The notes: generated by a model from the sequence alone, not told the origin. A stretch of DNA of 64,000 bases from Octopus vulgaris (GCA_951406725.2 OX597837.1:13082001-13146000); one strand, 5' to 3'. Shown: positions 1 to 16,300, counted from the first letter of the stretch. Translations and numbers: made by a program.

Positions 1-809
1 ACCAAGTTGAGAATCACTGATATACGTGATGTTTTAACAGAGTGGTTCATAAACTTTTTCTGGCCTGCCACCCCTTTGGTTCCAAGACCACATTCCTAGT
101 GGTACTCCACCCACCATCAGAGATATACACCATTTTCTGCAGGGAGTTCCTTATATACATGCTAAAATACGGTATGTCCCTGCAGATTTTGAACTGCAAA
201 GGTTCCACGAGAACCAATAATGGCATTGATCTCACTAGTCTGTAAGGGCCCACAAAGGCCGCAGACACTGACTCTTTCTATAGACCCAACAAATAAGATT
301 AATTTTCTCAGGAATAAAATCAACCAAAAATAAAGAAAGCAACAAAAAAAGAAAGAAACAAGTGCAGATGTCGTTCTCAACTGTTTAGAAGTATTTCCCC
401 CATGGACAGACATGGCTTTCATGGAAAACTGAAACAAATAACTTGGCATGTATCATCATCATCGTTTAACGTCCGCTTTCCATGCTGGCATGGGTTGGAC
501 GATTTGACTGAGGACTGGCGAACCAGACTCCAATCTCACGACGATAATATTCATTCACAACAGTCACATGATGTCTAAACAAGAATGCATAAACACACTC
601 ACTCACATATACAATGGGTTTCCACACAGTTTCCATCAACCAGATTTACTCACAAAGCATTGGTAAAGCCCACGGCTATAGTAGAAGACACTTGCTGTGC
701 AGTGGGACTGAACCCAAAACCATGTGGTTGCACAGCAAGCTTCTTAACCACACGGCCATGCCCGAGCATGAAGATAACTAAATAAAAAAGAAAAAGAAAA
801 CTGATTTAC

Positions 810-3800
810 CAAGCTTTACATCTAATAAGATGTTGTCTTTAATGCCTGATGCAGCCAAACACCAATTCTCGATCTGCTTCATCAGTGACTTCAACTTTTG
901 AATGTTTGAACATTTCTGCACCATGAAGTCAGAAGGGTTTTTCAAATGCGTCACCAGCACTTGTTCAACTTGACCTGAAATGAAATATCCAAAAACAGAA
1001 TCACCATTATTGTGTGTTTAAGTTTGCTGGGTTCAAGCAAAGAAAAACAAAACAGGTTTTGTGCCGATAATGTTATATGATGCAGAGACATGGGGTCTAA
1101 GAAAGGCGGAAAGGAGGCGACCAGATATGTTTGAGATGAGATGCTTGAGGGCCATGGTTGGTGTGACAGAGATGGACAGGATGAGGAATTAGGAAGAGTG
1201 AAGGCAAGCAGGAATGAGAGAAAATCTATGTACCAGGATGGATAGATGAATTTTAAGGTGGTTTGGCCACATGGAGTGGATTATGACAGTTCCACTCATT
1301 TACAACATGACTGTTGTAAATGGGTGGAAGTGTCATAAAAATGGTTCTCATTCATTTCTAACGTTCTGCAGAAATATGTTCAGATCATCATCATCATCAT
1401 CATTTAAACGTCTGCTTTCCATGCTAGCATGGGTTGGACGGTTCGACCGGGATCTGGTAAGCCATGGAGGCTGCACCAGACTCTAGTCTGATCTGGCAGT
1501 GTTTCATGGGGAAATATTACCTCGCTTGGAAACAGGTCTCAACAGATTCCATCTGACTCATGCAAACATGGGAAAGTGGATGTTAAAACAATGAATATTC
1601 CAAACATAAATGGATGTAACTGGATACAAGGAATTTTCTCAGAATTGCTAAAGCACCAGACAAAATTCCAATGCTTTGCAGAACCTAATTATGCCTTAAT
1701 TAGGTATTTTAGTATTCTCGTTACTGTGTCAGATGTCACGCTCATTTATTGACATTGTTGTAAATAAATCATGCACTACCCTGTAACTTTGAAATTTCAA
1801 TGAGGTAAATGCTTAGATTTAGAATGACATTGTAGTGTAGGTGTGAGAGGCTGGATCTGGCTGGCTTGATTGATGAACGGGTAGAATATTTCGGATGGAT
1901 TCGGCTGGTTTAAATGCTAAATTAAAATACTAAACTTAAATCAAAACAATCCATACCAGATATTGATCTTTGTAGCAGATGGGGTCGTCTCAACGCTTGC
2001 TTCTCACAGGGCTTTGGTTCTGGTTCTTTATCTATAATGGAAAACCAAAATACAGAAGATCAGACGAGATGAAACCAAACCATTTAATTATTGGTTTGTT
2101 TTTTTTTACACATATTTCATAAACAATAGCATTGTTGTTTTTACATGTTTATAACGAGACGATCACTGGATCTCTACATTTACAACCGGTGATAATGAGA
2201 AGACAGGAATCAGTGCAACTCGGTGGCAATATACTCTGTGAGATATTTTTGTTTAATAGCACCTGCTGATTGTATTTTCACATCAATACACACACCCGTT
2301 GAAAAGACAAGATGGTCATAGCTGGAATGTGCTTAACAGGGGTCTGTTCCATAAGGGTTGACTTAGGACTAAGCAAGAACAACCACTATGGTTATTATTA
2401 TTAAGGTGGTGAGCTGGCAGAATCATTAGCACACTCGGCGAAATGCTTAGCAACATTTTGTCTGTTGCTATGTTCTGAGTTCAAATTCCACCAAAATCAA
2501 CTTTGCCATTTGTCCTTTCGGGGTCAATAAAATAAGTACCAGTTGAAAACTGAGGTCAACGTAATCGACTCATTCCTTCCCCCAAAATGGCTGCCCTTGT
2601 GGCAAAACTTGAAATTATTATTATTATTATTACTAAGGTGGTGATCTGACAGAATTGTTTGCATGCTGGGCGAAATGCTTAGCAGGATTTCATCTGTCTT
2701 TACGTTCCGAGTTCAAATTTCACCGAGGTCGACTTTGTCTTTCATCCTTTTGGGGTTGATAAATTAAGTACCAGTTGAACAATGGGGTCGATGTAATTGG
2801 CTCATCCCCTCCCCTCAAAATGGATAAACCTTGTGGCAAAATTTTAAACCATTGTTATTATTATTATTCTGGCAGAATCATGAGCATGTCAAGCCAAATG
2901 CTTAGCTGCAGATCATATATCTTCACATTCTGAGTCCAACTTTGCCTTTGATCCTCTCAGGGTTGATAAAATAAATACCAACTGAGGACTGGGGGGTCAA
3001 TGTAATCGACTTACCTCCTCCACCAAAATTGCTAGTCCTGTGCCAAAATTTGTTATTATTATTATTATTATTACTAGCAGTATCGCCCAGCGTTTCTCGG
3101 GTTTGTTTTGACCCTTTAGAATTGGAATTTTTGAAAAGTAAAAATTTTACATTATGTAGCTTGTTATTTCTCTTTAAGCGAACGTTTTTCTGGTTGAAAT
3201 ACACTGAAAAAGGGCGACACAGCAGTAAAAAATATGGATTTTCATAGAAAAAAAGCACCTTTTTGATGTAAATAATTTTTGGTGTTAACATGGTCCGATT
3301 TGAATTTTTTCTTCTACGGAAGGAATAGCAAGCCTTCTTCTATCATACTCTCAATTTTGGTCAACTTGCGCCACAGGGTCTCGGAGGAGATAGTGTTAGT
3401 TGAAGGCTACCAAACCTGCCATACACAGACAACTTCAGCTTTATTTATAGAGAGATTATTATGTACACACTGTGCCCCGTCTTCTCCTACGTGAGGTCGT
3501 TAGTCATTGTTGTCAAACGAGCTGTAATTTCATCTTTCGTCTCCATGGACACAGTATGAGGCTGGGTGAGGAATATCAACCCACAATCTTCCGCAGGCAG
3601 TGGTTTGACGGTCTGCAACACAAAGCTAGGTGTGATGTCCTCTTACTTACCAAAGGCCTTAGGATATGAAAACGACTGGAAGCTGAGGGTAATGTCTTTG
3701 CTGCTCTCCAAATCTTCCTCAGTGATGGCTTCTGGAAATTCTCCAAGTGATGAGATCAAATGCCTGTGGTAGGATCAGAAACATCAAAAGCTCAAGTTAA

Positions 3801-4411
3801 CTTCTTTACAATAATTTCTTACATATTTTTATAGTTAGGTGTGTGTGTGTGTGTGTGTGTGCGGCGAACGTTGTACAGGCCTGATTGCAGAAGGAAATAG
3901 TGTACTACCACGGCATCAAATTATCTCCCTTTGACTGCGGAAAGCCAGGTTACGATATTAAACCATCAACCCGTTTGTTACCATATTTCTGTTGAAATAT
4001 ACCGACATTTGTGTCAGTTCATTTTGAAATTAATCAAGAATTTATTAAAACAACTTTGTCATTAATCATCTGGTGTTTGGAGCCTAATTCAGTATAAACT
4101 TTAGACGAGAGATTATCATTTAGATCATTTGAATTCTTTAAAATTCAGATTACTCTCTCAAACGTAACACTTCTTTATTCAGATCGTTTTCAATTAATAC
4201 TCTCTTTTACTCCTTTTACTTGTTTCAGTCATTTGACTGCGGCCATGCTGGAGCACCGCCTTCAGTCGAGCAAATCGACCCCAGTACTTATTTGTTGTAA
4301 GCCCAGTACTTATGCTATCGGTCTCTTTTGCCGAACCGCTAAGTGACGGGGACGCAAACACACCAGCATCGGTTGTCAAGCAATGCTAGGGGGACAGACA
4401 CAGACACACAA

Positions 4412-4448
<37 letters not shown>

Positions 4449-7400
4449 CGACAGGCTTCTTTCAGTTTCCGTCTACCAAATCCATTCACAAGGCTTTGGT
4501 CGGCCCGGGGCTATAGCAGATGACACTTGCCCAAGATGCCACGCAGTGGGACTGAACCCGGAACCATGAGGTTGGTTAGCAAGCTACATACCACACAGCC
4601 ACATCTGCGCCTATAATCCTGCATTATCTTGTAGCTTTGAGACTGGACTGGGCGATACATTGTGCTCTTGAGCAAAACACTTCATTTTACATTGCTCCAG
4701 TGCACTCAGCTGGCAAAAACTGAATAACTCTGCAGGGGGCTGGCGTCCCATCCCGGTGGGGAATATATGTGCCACTGAAACCAGGAAACTGGCTCTTATG
4801 AGTCAGTATGACTCACAAAGGTAAATTTACCTGTATACAATTTCCAAATACTTACTTGTGCTTTTCATCCAGCTCAATGCGTCCCAGTCTTCCAATATGT
4901 TTAAGAATGTCTTCATTTGGAAGAAATCTAAAGAAGAAAAATAAAGAAAAACCATCACAACAACTCAGAACACGGAACAAACTTTAGAGGATTGCTATTC
5001 TCTAAGGACCCACCACAAGGTCCAGTCCATGTTGTGTGGTGGTCTGTACACCTCCATGACTCTGAGTTTTGCCAGCAGAGCACAAGCTCCAGATATGCCT
5101 TCTTATACTGGACAGGTCAAATGATTAGAGGTCAGAATAACATGGGTCACTTTGTTCAAGAGGTGAAAATGGGTTTGTGTAGGATCAAACCCCCCCCCTA
5201 CCAAGGAAAAACCAAAGTTACAAAAGTATCGATGACAATTCAAAACCGACAAGACATGGAAGAAAATCCATTCCACAACAGACAATTGGAGTCTGGACAG
5301 CTCCCTGCTGGCCAGTTCCATGTCAAACTGTCCAACCCATGCCAGCATGGAAAGTGAAGATTAAACGATGATGATGATGATCAAAAACCTGTCGTCTTGT
5401 ATAATACACATCTGCAGTACAATGATGATATGATGACAAAAGTTTTCCTTTATTCTGACTTTCTTAGAATGAAGTAATGCTATGGCAGAGATATTGGCGT
5501 GGTTTGCCATTGCCTTCCTCAACTGGATGGCCACTGGCTTGCAAGGAGCTCTTCCATCCATCGGCAGGTTTTGTTTTTAGTCCTGCTAGGTATCAAGACA
5601 CCTTTCTCAAGCTACTCAAATGGAGGGGTCAGTTTAGCCACTGAACACTTGACCATTTTACAGATAGCACTGGTTTACATGGTACCAGTAGCAGGTCTCA
5701 TTAGTCTGTGGTGAGATCCCTGACCAGACTGTAGCATCATGAATTGCTGGCCTAAATGACAAAATAACAAAATGAGAAGAACAGAACAACAAGGAGAAAA
5801 ATCTCAGTGGACACTTACCGGAATGGTGCTTCGTTACTTTCAGGCAATTTCAGATAACATGGAATATTTTCTGCTTTTTTGATGGTGTTTATAACTTTCA
5901 AGATATTGCCATGAATTTCTTCAGTGTTGTTTAACATCTCAACAGCAGCTGCAGACAGAAGCAGAGGTCAAGGTTTCTAATTCGAACTAAACCATACATA
6001 CAATTCTGGAGATCGTCATCATAAAACAACACACTCAGCCCCTTTTCTACACATACACATATGTCCCTGAAGAGAAGCCTGTTCACCTGATAGGTAACGA
6101 GTCACTTCTCTCGTACTGTCACCTATGAAGGACAGCAGTAGACTTGTCTGCTTCCAGTACCCACTGCCATCACCTTCTTTCAGATGTGTTGCAAACAACT
6201 TGCACAGTAAGTGCTACCAGTCGAAAGCTCCGTATACCAGCAAGTGTTTGGGGTCATCAGGAGAGAATGCGCACCATTTCAGGGCCTACCTCTCGACGGT
6301 ATCATTGTGCACCAGCCCCCTACTCACTGATAAGAGGCCCCATTTGCTGTAATGATGATATACATACAACAGACTTCTTTCCGTTTCCGTAAACCAAATT
6401 CATTCACAAGGCATTGGTTGGCCCCACAGCTATAGTAAAAGACATTTGGCCAAGGCGCCGTGCAGTGGGACTGAACCCAGAATAGAAACCACATGGTTGC
6501 AAAGCAGGCTTCTTAACCACACAACCATACACACCTACAGTATCTAAAGTAATACAATGAAACATGCAAATACAGCTTTTTCTCAAAAAAATAAAACAAA
6601 CTACAAAAGACTTACAGTTAAAATCAGTTTCCAAATTCTTCAAATCTTCAGTCAATTGTTTTTTCTGTAACAAAAAAAAAAAGGTAACAAAATGAAGAAA
6701 ATGGCCTGGAATATTGTGAATAATGATTTTATTCAATTTACTTGTAAACCATAATGGAAGGGTGTATGCCGTTAGGTGAATGGTTCACAGAAGCCGTCCC
6801 ATCTCCCTAGAATTATCTACATTTCACGAGACATCTACTCACAGACATCCCACAGCCACCTTATCCTAAACTAACCAGTGTAATATACTATATAATCATG
6901 CAATCCCCTCTCTCTCATTCAGAGAGGCACTGAGCAGCTCTACGCACACACATACACACACGGCAGTAACTTCCACCTACCGAATTCAATCACAAAGCTT
7001 CGGTCGACTCGGGGCTATAGTGGAAGAAACCTACCCAAAGTGCCACGCAGTGGGGCTGAACCCGAAACCATGTAGTTAGGAAGCAAGCTCCCTAACCACA
7101 CAGCCATGCCATAATTAATAAGGGTGTAATTCTACAAACTAAACCAGACAAGTGACCCAATAGAGCCAAGAAAGCTGTTACGAGACAGTAATTTTACTTA
7201 CAAAGTCCTCAGATTGTAACTTAGTCTCCTCAAATGTTTTCATTGCTTCTTCAATTAACTGCATTTCTCTGAAACAGAATGGTAAACAACATGACATCAT
7301 AGAATATCTAAGTTACATGTCCTCCTCCTCATCATCATCATTTTAATGTCAAATTTTCTATGCATGTACGAGTCAGATGGTAACATTTTGAGGCACATTT

Positions 7401-10340
7401 TATATGACTGGATGCTCTTCCTGTCACCATACCTCCCCTGTTTTCAAAAAAGGTAATATTTCCCCATGATGATGATCATCATCATCATCGTTTAATGTCT
7501 GTTTTCCATGCAAGCACAGGTTAGACGGTTTGACCGGGATCTGGGAAGCCAGGAGGCTGCACCAGGCCTAGTCTGATCTGGCAGAGTTTCTACAGCTGGA
7601 TGCCCTTCCTAACGCCAACCACTCCGTGAGTGTAGTGGGTGCTTTTTACGTGCCACTGGCACAGGTGCCAGGGGAGGCTGGCAGCACCCACAATCGGTTG
7701 GTGCTTTTTACGTGCCACCGGCACAGAAGCCACTCAAGGCAGCGCTGGCATCGGCCACGTTCAGATGGTGCTTTTTATATGCCATTATTACAGAAGACTG
7801 GAAACAAAGGTTACCATTGTCTTGCAAGTTTCTTGACAACTTCACCAGTGCTGGTGTTGCCATGTAAAAAGCACCTGGAACATTCTGTAAAGTGGTTGGC
7901 ATTAGGAAGGGCATCAACTCATAGAAACCATACCAAAGCAGATAGCAGAGCTTTGTGCCATCTTGTGACTTGCTAGTTCCTGTCAAAGTGTCATACCCAT
8001 GCCAGCATGGGAAATGGACATTAAATGATGATAATGACAATGACGTAATGTCAACAATATTTTATGACAACGACGACGGTGTAGGTGTTTCCACCACTAC
8101 CAACATCATCATCATCATTTAACGTCCGCTTTCCATGCTAGCATGGGCTGGACGAATGACTGAGGGCTGGCGAACCAGATGGCTGCACCAGGCTCCAATC
8201 TAGATCTGGCAGAGTTTCTACAGCTTGATGCCCTTCCTAACGCCAACCACTCTGAGAGTGTAGTGTGTCGCTTTTACGTGCCTCCAGCACAGGGGCCAGT
8301 CAGGCAGTACTGGCAATGACTTCGTTCATCATTTAATATCCCCTTTCCATATTGTCGAGCTCCAATGTTTGCTTTAATATTGTTTGTGCAGAAAGGGGTG
8401 TTGATTCCACCCTGCACATTGCAGCACCACAAGGCAGTGTCACTAACTGCAAAGACCCCTTTGACTGAGTATGGGGTATAAGAGAGGCGAAGGTGGCTTT
8501 ATGTTAGATGCTGAGGGGTTGACATATGACGGGAACAGGTGTCTTTGATGTAGTGGAGATACACGGTTACCTTGCATTACATAAGGGTGGGCAAGCAGGA
8601 GGAGCTAATGAGAGAGACGAAGAAGGCGGTGGTGGTGGTGGTGAGATGTTGGAGAATTGTGTCAGGGTACAAAGTGAGTAGAAGGGAGAACAGGGACAGA
8701 GACCCAGGATGGGTAGGTGAGTAAGTTTGCCAGCGTTTGAAAGGAAAGAGGCAGATAGGACGAAGGGGATACAGGTGAATGCAGTGAATGGTTGAGCGAT
8801 GGAGGATATCAGTTGTGGTGATGGGGGTGGGGGTGATGATGATGGAAATAGGATCAGGTCGAGGAGGAGGAGGTGATAAGCAGCGGTAGAGAAAGGGTGG
8901 AGAGCAGGTGCATAAATAAAGTGAAAATACTTTAGTCTCACCTCGTTTGTAGTTTTGCATGTAAGAAATGGAAATATTCATGGATTGCTATGCTGACTGT
9001 CACAAGGTGTTCTTTATCCTTTGATGCCAATGTAGATAATTCCTAAAGACAAGACAAATGTACAAATAGACAGGTAAAAACAAAAGAGAAACATGCTGGG
9101 TATGAGACGCTTTGGCATCGCCATTTTGGCGCTGCTGGTTTCACACTAACATATTTGACAGACATTTTAACCCTTTTGTTATCAACCCAGCTGGAACCAA
9201 CTCTGGTTCTGTAGTACAAAGCTCTTGTTTTCATAAGTTTTGAAATAAAATCCTCCACCAAACCTTCGTCACAATTTATGTGCCTAACATTTTACTAAAT
9301 TCTTTGTTATATTTAAGATTAATTGAAAGAAACACAGAACATCTCAACAGAAATATGGTAACAAAAGGGTTAAAACACATGGCTTGTATAGTTTCATGAA
9401 AAATATGCTTTGCAGAAGTTTAGTCCTTTTGATACCAACCCAGCTGAAACCACCTCTGGCCCTGTAGAACAAATGTCTTGTTTCCATAAGTTTTGAATTA
9501 AAATCTTCCACCAAACCTTAGTCACAATTTATCTTCCTAACACCAGCTTAATGATAACTAAGTTATTTTACTAAATTCTTTGTTATATTTAAAATCAATT
9601 AAAAGAAACACAGATAATCTCAACAGAAATATGGTAACAAAAGGGTTAAAATATATAATAGAGAAACAATTCTTAACCCTTTTGATACCAACCTGGTTGA
9701 AACCACCTCTGGCTCTGTAGAACAAATGTCTTGTTTTCATAAGTTTTGAATTAAAATCTTCCACCAAACCTTAGTCACAATTTATCTTCCTAACACCAGC
9801 TTAATGATAACTAAGTTATTTTACTAAATTCTTTGTTATATTTAAAATTAATTGAAAGAAACACAGATAATCTCAACAGAAATACGGTAATGAACGGGTT
9901 AATGTTTCTTTCTCTCTCTCTCTTTGTTTAAGCATATTTCTCATTATATGTAAGAACGTTTATGTCATTTGTGTTCAATTAATAAATTGTAATGATCCTC
10001 TCTCTCTCAATCCGTATGTGGATATTTCTGAAAGTGCATGCTCCAGGGCCAAAAGGCCCTGCCAACGAAACTAGAAGCATCCAAATAGCTGCACTTAATC
10101 ATTTCATTCTGAAAATATATATATATATGTATATAAACACATACAAGAGGGGGTTGAAAAGTTCCTGGTTTTGGGTAAAAGAAAATACAGGAGGATCAGT
10201 TAATTATGATTTTATTAAATATATTCCCTCTAAGATTTTCACACACTTATTGCAACGGTCCTTCAGTTTTTCTAAGCCCTGCAAAAGAACTTGGAAGACA
10301 GGGCCTCCAACCAGGCCCTTTGCAATACCCTTAAAACCAG

Positions 10341-10384
<44 letters not shown>

Positions 10385-13300
10385 GTGGCTCTCATGGCTT
10401 CTGATCTTAACTGATTGGAAGTGTTATCATGTACATTGTTTTGTCTTGGTATAAAAGATGGGCTACAGCAAATATTCTGCTCAATACCACAGATTTGCTT
10501 GTCAGTTGTTTGACCTTAACCAGCTGAGCATGTCCCTTAGTGGCTGACGATATGTGCATCTCTGATCACGAGCAGAAGGAGTGGGGGAGCATCATAGCCA
10601 TGTGTTGAGAGGGATTATTTGGGGTTTGAATAATTTACCTCAGGAAACATGGGTGGTTCTTTCAACATCCTTAAACAACCCTTATTCAGGGACCTTTTGA
10701 GCAGGATGGGCTACTCAACCTGAAGAAAATTCTAACTGGGCCCCACCTGCAAGGTCATGTGCTGTTTATCTTGATATGAGATCACCATGTCGCGCACATA
10801 TGGTTGTGATGCATGTGCCTGGTGTACCCTTATCAGACGGGTAGCCATGATGGGTATATTGGGCTTCGTATATTTTACCCCAGTGTCACTTTGATGGCAT
10901 GCCCTGCTCTCTCACTCAATAATAATAATAATAATGGTTTCAAATTTTGGCACAAGGCCAGCAATTTGAGGGGAGGGGAGGTATGTTGATTACATCAATC
11001 CCAGTACTCAACTGGCACCTATTTTATCGACCCCAAAAAGGATGAAAGACAAAGTTGACCTTGCTGGAATTTGAACTCATATCATGAAGACAGAAAGCAT
11101 TTTGCTCAGCGTGCTAATGATTCTGCCAGCTCACCATCTTAATGATGGTAATAACAATCAGAAGAAGAACCCAGTGAAATGGAACAAAGTGCTGTTACCT
11201 TTAACGATGATTTCATTTTGTTTATCACGATACTCGCTGTAGGTAAAGATTCTTTCAAACTGTCCAACAAATTCTCATTCTGAAACAACAACAACAAAGA
11301 ATCAATTAAGCAATAAAAACATATATTAATTAGAGAATATTCTTTTATTAGTTTCAGTACTTTGACTGCGGCCATGCTGGAGCACCGCCTGATATTAAGA
11401 CGTCCAGAAAATAAAACAAAGATAATAGTAATAATAACATAGGAACAAGGACTGATATTCGCAGGGGGAGGAGAAGAAAGATGATTAAATTGACCCCAGG
11501 GGGGGATTTTTCTTGTCAGACGGAATTTGCTCAGGTGGATTTTCTATGACTGGATACCATCCCAGTTGCCAGCCCTCACCTGTTTCTAAGTAAGGTAATG
11601 CTTCCACATGGCCAGATATGTTTCCAGGGAAGATTGGACACAAACAACACCACTTGTATTGACATCACATGACATCAATACAAGGAGACAGTAACACGCA
11701 CATATACACGACAGGCTTCTTTCAGTTTCCATCTACCAAATCCACTCACAAGGTTTTGGTCGGCCTGAGGCTATAGTAGAAGACACTTGCCCAAGGTGCC
11801 ACGCAGTGGGACTGAACCCAGAACCATGTGGTTGGTAAGCAAACTAATTACCACAGAGCCACACCTGCATCTATAAAATATAAATAAATGCGCCCTTTTA
11901 AAACCTAGCCAGGTTCATGGGCCCAGTTTCCTGGTTTCTATGGCGTATGTGTTCCCCAGCTGAACAGGATGCCTGTCCATCGCAGCGTTACTCATTTTTG
12001 CCAGCTGAGTGGATTGGAGCAATGTGAAATGAAGTGTTTTGCTCAAGAACACAATGCATCGCTCAGTAGGGGAATCAAAACCACAATCTTACGATCATGA
12101 TGCTGACACCCTAACCACTAAGCCACGTGCTTCCACTCTCCTGCATCTATACAATAGGATAAAATTCGAAATGGTAATTCTTGAAGTCAAGTTTAGGATT
12201 AAAGACACCATCATCATCATCATCCTCATCGTTTAACATTAGCTTTTCATGCTAGCATGGGTTGGACGAATGACTGAGGGCTGGCGAACCAGATGGCTGC
12301 ACCAGGCTTCAATCTTGATCTGGCAGAGTTTCTACAGCTGGATGCCCTTCCTAACGCCAACCACTCCGAGAGTGTAGTGGGTGCTTTTATGTGCCACCGA
12401 CACGGGGCCAGTCAGGCGGTACTGGCAATGACCTCGCTCGAATCTTTTTACACATGCCACCGGCACAGGTGCCAGTATGGCAACGTTAGTAACGATCACG
12501 CTCAAATGGTGTCTTTACGTTCCACTGGCACAATAAAACTGAATAATCCTAGATAAGAAGACCAGAGAAATGAGGAAAATGTGACAATTCTCAACGTACG
12601 TGTTTCTCAATAGCAATAATGTTGTGTCCCTTGTGTTTGCCAATTATCACACATCGAGAGCAAATGTTCACTTCGTCATCTTGGCAGTAATACTCAAGGA
12701 TCCGATTCTTATGAACAAGGCACTTGTCGACTTCTTGGTTGCTTGAAAAGATGGAAATAAAAGTTGAATATTAAAAAAAATTAATGCAGAAATATACTGG
12801 CAAAATTTGAAATGATGTTAACCCTTTCGTTACCAACCTGGCCGAAACCGCTTGTGGCTCTGTAGTACAAATGTCTTGTTTTCATAAGTTTTGAATTAAA
12901 ATCTTCCACCAAACCTTAGTCACAATTTATGTTACTAACACTAGCTTAATGGTAACTAAGTTATTTTACTAAATTCTTTATTTTATTTAAAATTAATTGA
13001 AAGAAATACAGAGCATCTCAACAGAAATATGGTAACAAAAGGGTTAATCTAAGACTATGTATGTAATCAAAATTCTTTAAACAAATAGAAATAAATTTTA
13101 AGAAAAAAATAATACAAATTAAAGCAGAAATAAACTGACATCATTTGAATAATTAACCCTTATATTAATGATGCTAATGTAAGAATATCTATGTAACCAA
13201 GATTTTTGTTTTAAGCCCCTGCATAGGAGATGGTGCCCAGACCAGACCAAGGTATATTAAATTCAGCGGTGGTGCCCCAGCATGGCCGCGGCCTTCGGGC

Positions 13301-16300
13301 TAAAACATTTTAAAAGATTTAAATCTTGGAATTAAATGGTTTTTTAATTTACTGTCAGGTGACTTTTGGCCAGCCCTGTATATGTCAAAGAATAAGGTAT
13401 CTAATGATTATTCAGAGCAAACTGTCAAAATGTAGTGTTTATGTGAATATTAAAGAAAAAAAACCTGTCACCATTAAAAATGAGGCTAAAACTCTAAAAA
13501 ATTATAATTGTTTTTCTTTACATCAAAAGAATTTAGAAACTTCGAGAGAACGTGAAATAACCCCTTTTTAATGGTTGAACTTGAAACAGATAGAGCTATA
13601 AATAATAATATGTAGGACGTTAGGAAGGGCATCCAGCTGTAGAAACACTGCCAGATCAGACTGAAGCCTGGTAATCCCTCCTGGCTTCCCAGACCCCGGT
13701 CGAACTGTCCAACCCGTGCTAGCACGGAAAACGGATGTTAAATGATGATATTAGGTTAAAAAAACCTTTTGGATAAAAAAAGCTGAAGGCTGCACATGGA
13801 TAGCAAAATAGAGAAATTCAAAGGATTGCTTTAGTCCAATGGTGGAACATCTGTCATATTTTCAAAGGATGTGGGTTCAAGTCTCAAGGTAGCCTTCAAC
13901 TTTTTCTGTCAAAAACGAGATTTTTAACACAATATTTACAGGTCATTATTTATTTCTTTTTTGAATTTGAGTCTAACCATCCAAATCGAATTATTTCTAT
14001 TTCTTCACTTTCAAGATGGAAAAGTCTGTGAACTTACATTGCGGCCGTCTCTGAACCTAGTGGGACAGACTGATGCATTTTGAGAGCAACAGAATTGGTG
14101 TGGACCTGGAAAATAGAGGTACATCGACAATAACATCAACAAGAACAACAACATAGACAAAAGTGAGAAACAAATGTCATCATCAGAGATTATTATAAAG
14201 AACAAATATTTGGTTTAACCCGTCAGAATTCAGATTACCCTGTCACCTGTAATTATTTATTCACAATATTTTCAATAAGGGTGGCAAGCTGGCAGAATCG
14301 TTGGCACGCTGGGCAAAATGCTTAGCGGTAATTCATCTGTCAGTATTTCATTCCGAGTTCAAATTCTGCTGAAGTTGACTTTGCTTTTCATCCTTTTGGG
14401 GTCAATTAAATAAATACCTATTTCTTTGGGGTCGATTAAATAAATACCTATTTCTTTACTACCTACAGAGAGGACAAACAAGGACAGACAAACGGATTAA
14501 GTCGTTTACATCGACCCCAGTGCATAACTGGTACTTAATTTATTGACCTGAAAGGATGAAAGGCAAAGTCGACCTCGGTGGAATTTGAACTCAGAACGTA
14601 ACAGCCGATGAAATACTGCTATGCATTTCGTCAGGCATGCTAACGTTTCTGCCAGCTCGCCGCCTTGTCGATTAAATACGTACCAGTTACGCACTGGAGT
14701 CGATGTAATGGACTTAATCCCTTTGCCAGTCCTTGTTTGTCCCCGCTATGTTTAGCCCCCTGCGGGCAATAAAGAAATAAATATTTTCAGTTAGTGAAGG
14801 CATGTGGCCTAGTGGTTAGGCTGTTGCACTCACGATTGCTAGACTGTGGGTTCGATTCCCAGACCAGGCAGTACCTTTTGCTCTTCATTTCACGTTACTC
14901 CAGTCCCCCTTTTGATCAAGGGGGACTGTTGGCCTGTTTACCTAGCCAGCAGGGTGGTATCATTTGATGGCTAAAACGATGTAAAGCGCACTGTGGCTAG
15001 GGATGTGTAACAACATCTTATAGTCTGGACAGTCGCGTGGTCACGTGATTTTGAATTAATCATAAATCATATTTTGTAGAGTCAAGACTTCAGTGATGTG
15101 ATTGTTTAGTTCAAGAATAACATTGAGAGGTAGGTGTGAGAAGCTGGATAGGGCTGGTCTGAACATAAAACAGGTGGGGGGGTATTTTGGCTGGATTTAC
15201 CCAGTTAAATGCTGAAGGGTTAAACCTATGATTAAGCTATAAAATAGGGGGGGTGGCAGTAGTAGTGGTAGTGGTAATAGTGATGGCAGTGGTAGTGGTG
15301 ATGGTGATAGTGATAGTTGTAATAGTGATGGTAGTGGTGTTAGTGGTGGTGGATGGCACTGACCTTTTTGAAACACTGATTGCACATCGCTACGTCACAC
15401 TGGAGGCATTCAATGTCAGCGGACACCTGATGACATTCAAAACAGAAAACTACAAAGAGAAGACACGTAATAAAACATTCAGATTAAACCACAAGAAGAT
15501 AACAGGTTGTTGTTCAAGTTGTCGTTGGTGTTTTATCCTATGTCCAGTTCTGATTGGCCAAGCCTGTGATCAAAGGTGCTCCAGCTGTGGCTGTATCACA
15601 AGATGCCAAGACTAGGAGACACAAATTTCTATCTCACACACACAGACACATACATTTAACCTTTGAGCATTCACATTATTCTGTCAAAAGTAAGGTTTAT
15701 TTATTCTGTTTTTTATTAATCATGCATTATTTTGTAGCTTTGAGATTTTGATGAGGTAGCTGTTCATTTTAAAAATGATATTGTTGCGTAGGTTTAAGAG
15801 ACCAGAACTGGCCAGTTTGAGCATTAACCCTTTTGATACCAACCTGGCTGAAATCACCTCAGGCTCTGTAGTACAAATGTCTTGTTTCCAAAAGTTCTGA
15901 ATTAAAATCGTCCACCAAACCTTAATCACAATTTATGTTCCTAACACTAGCTTAATGATAACAAAGTTATCTTACTAAATTCTTTGTTATATTTAAAATT
16001 AATTGAAAGAAATACCGAGCATCTCAAAATAGATACAGTAACGAAAGGGTTAAGCAAGTAAAATATTTTGGCCGGTTATGGCCAGTTTAAATGCTAAAAG
16101 GTTAAACACATGACTGTCTTCCTACCTTTGATCCAACAGAATATCCAGGATGTTGACTGCTGGAGAGGGAGAGGGCTGCATCAACTGACCCTCATTCTCA
16201 GTTCCAGCAGACTGGAGCAATGTGAAATAAAATGCCTTGCTCAAAGACACAATGTACTGCTCCATGCAGAAATTGAACCTGCAACCTAATGAGCTTCAGC

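Noticed and set aside
13823-13894. tRNA-like sequence
   Set aside because: Only box-like motifs; no valid anticodon arm.
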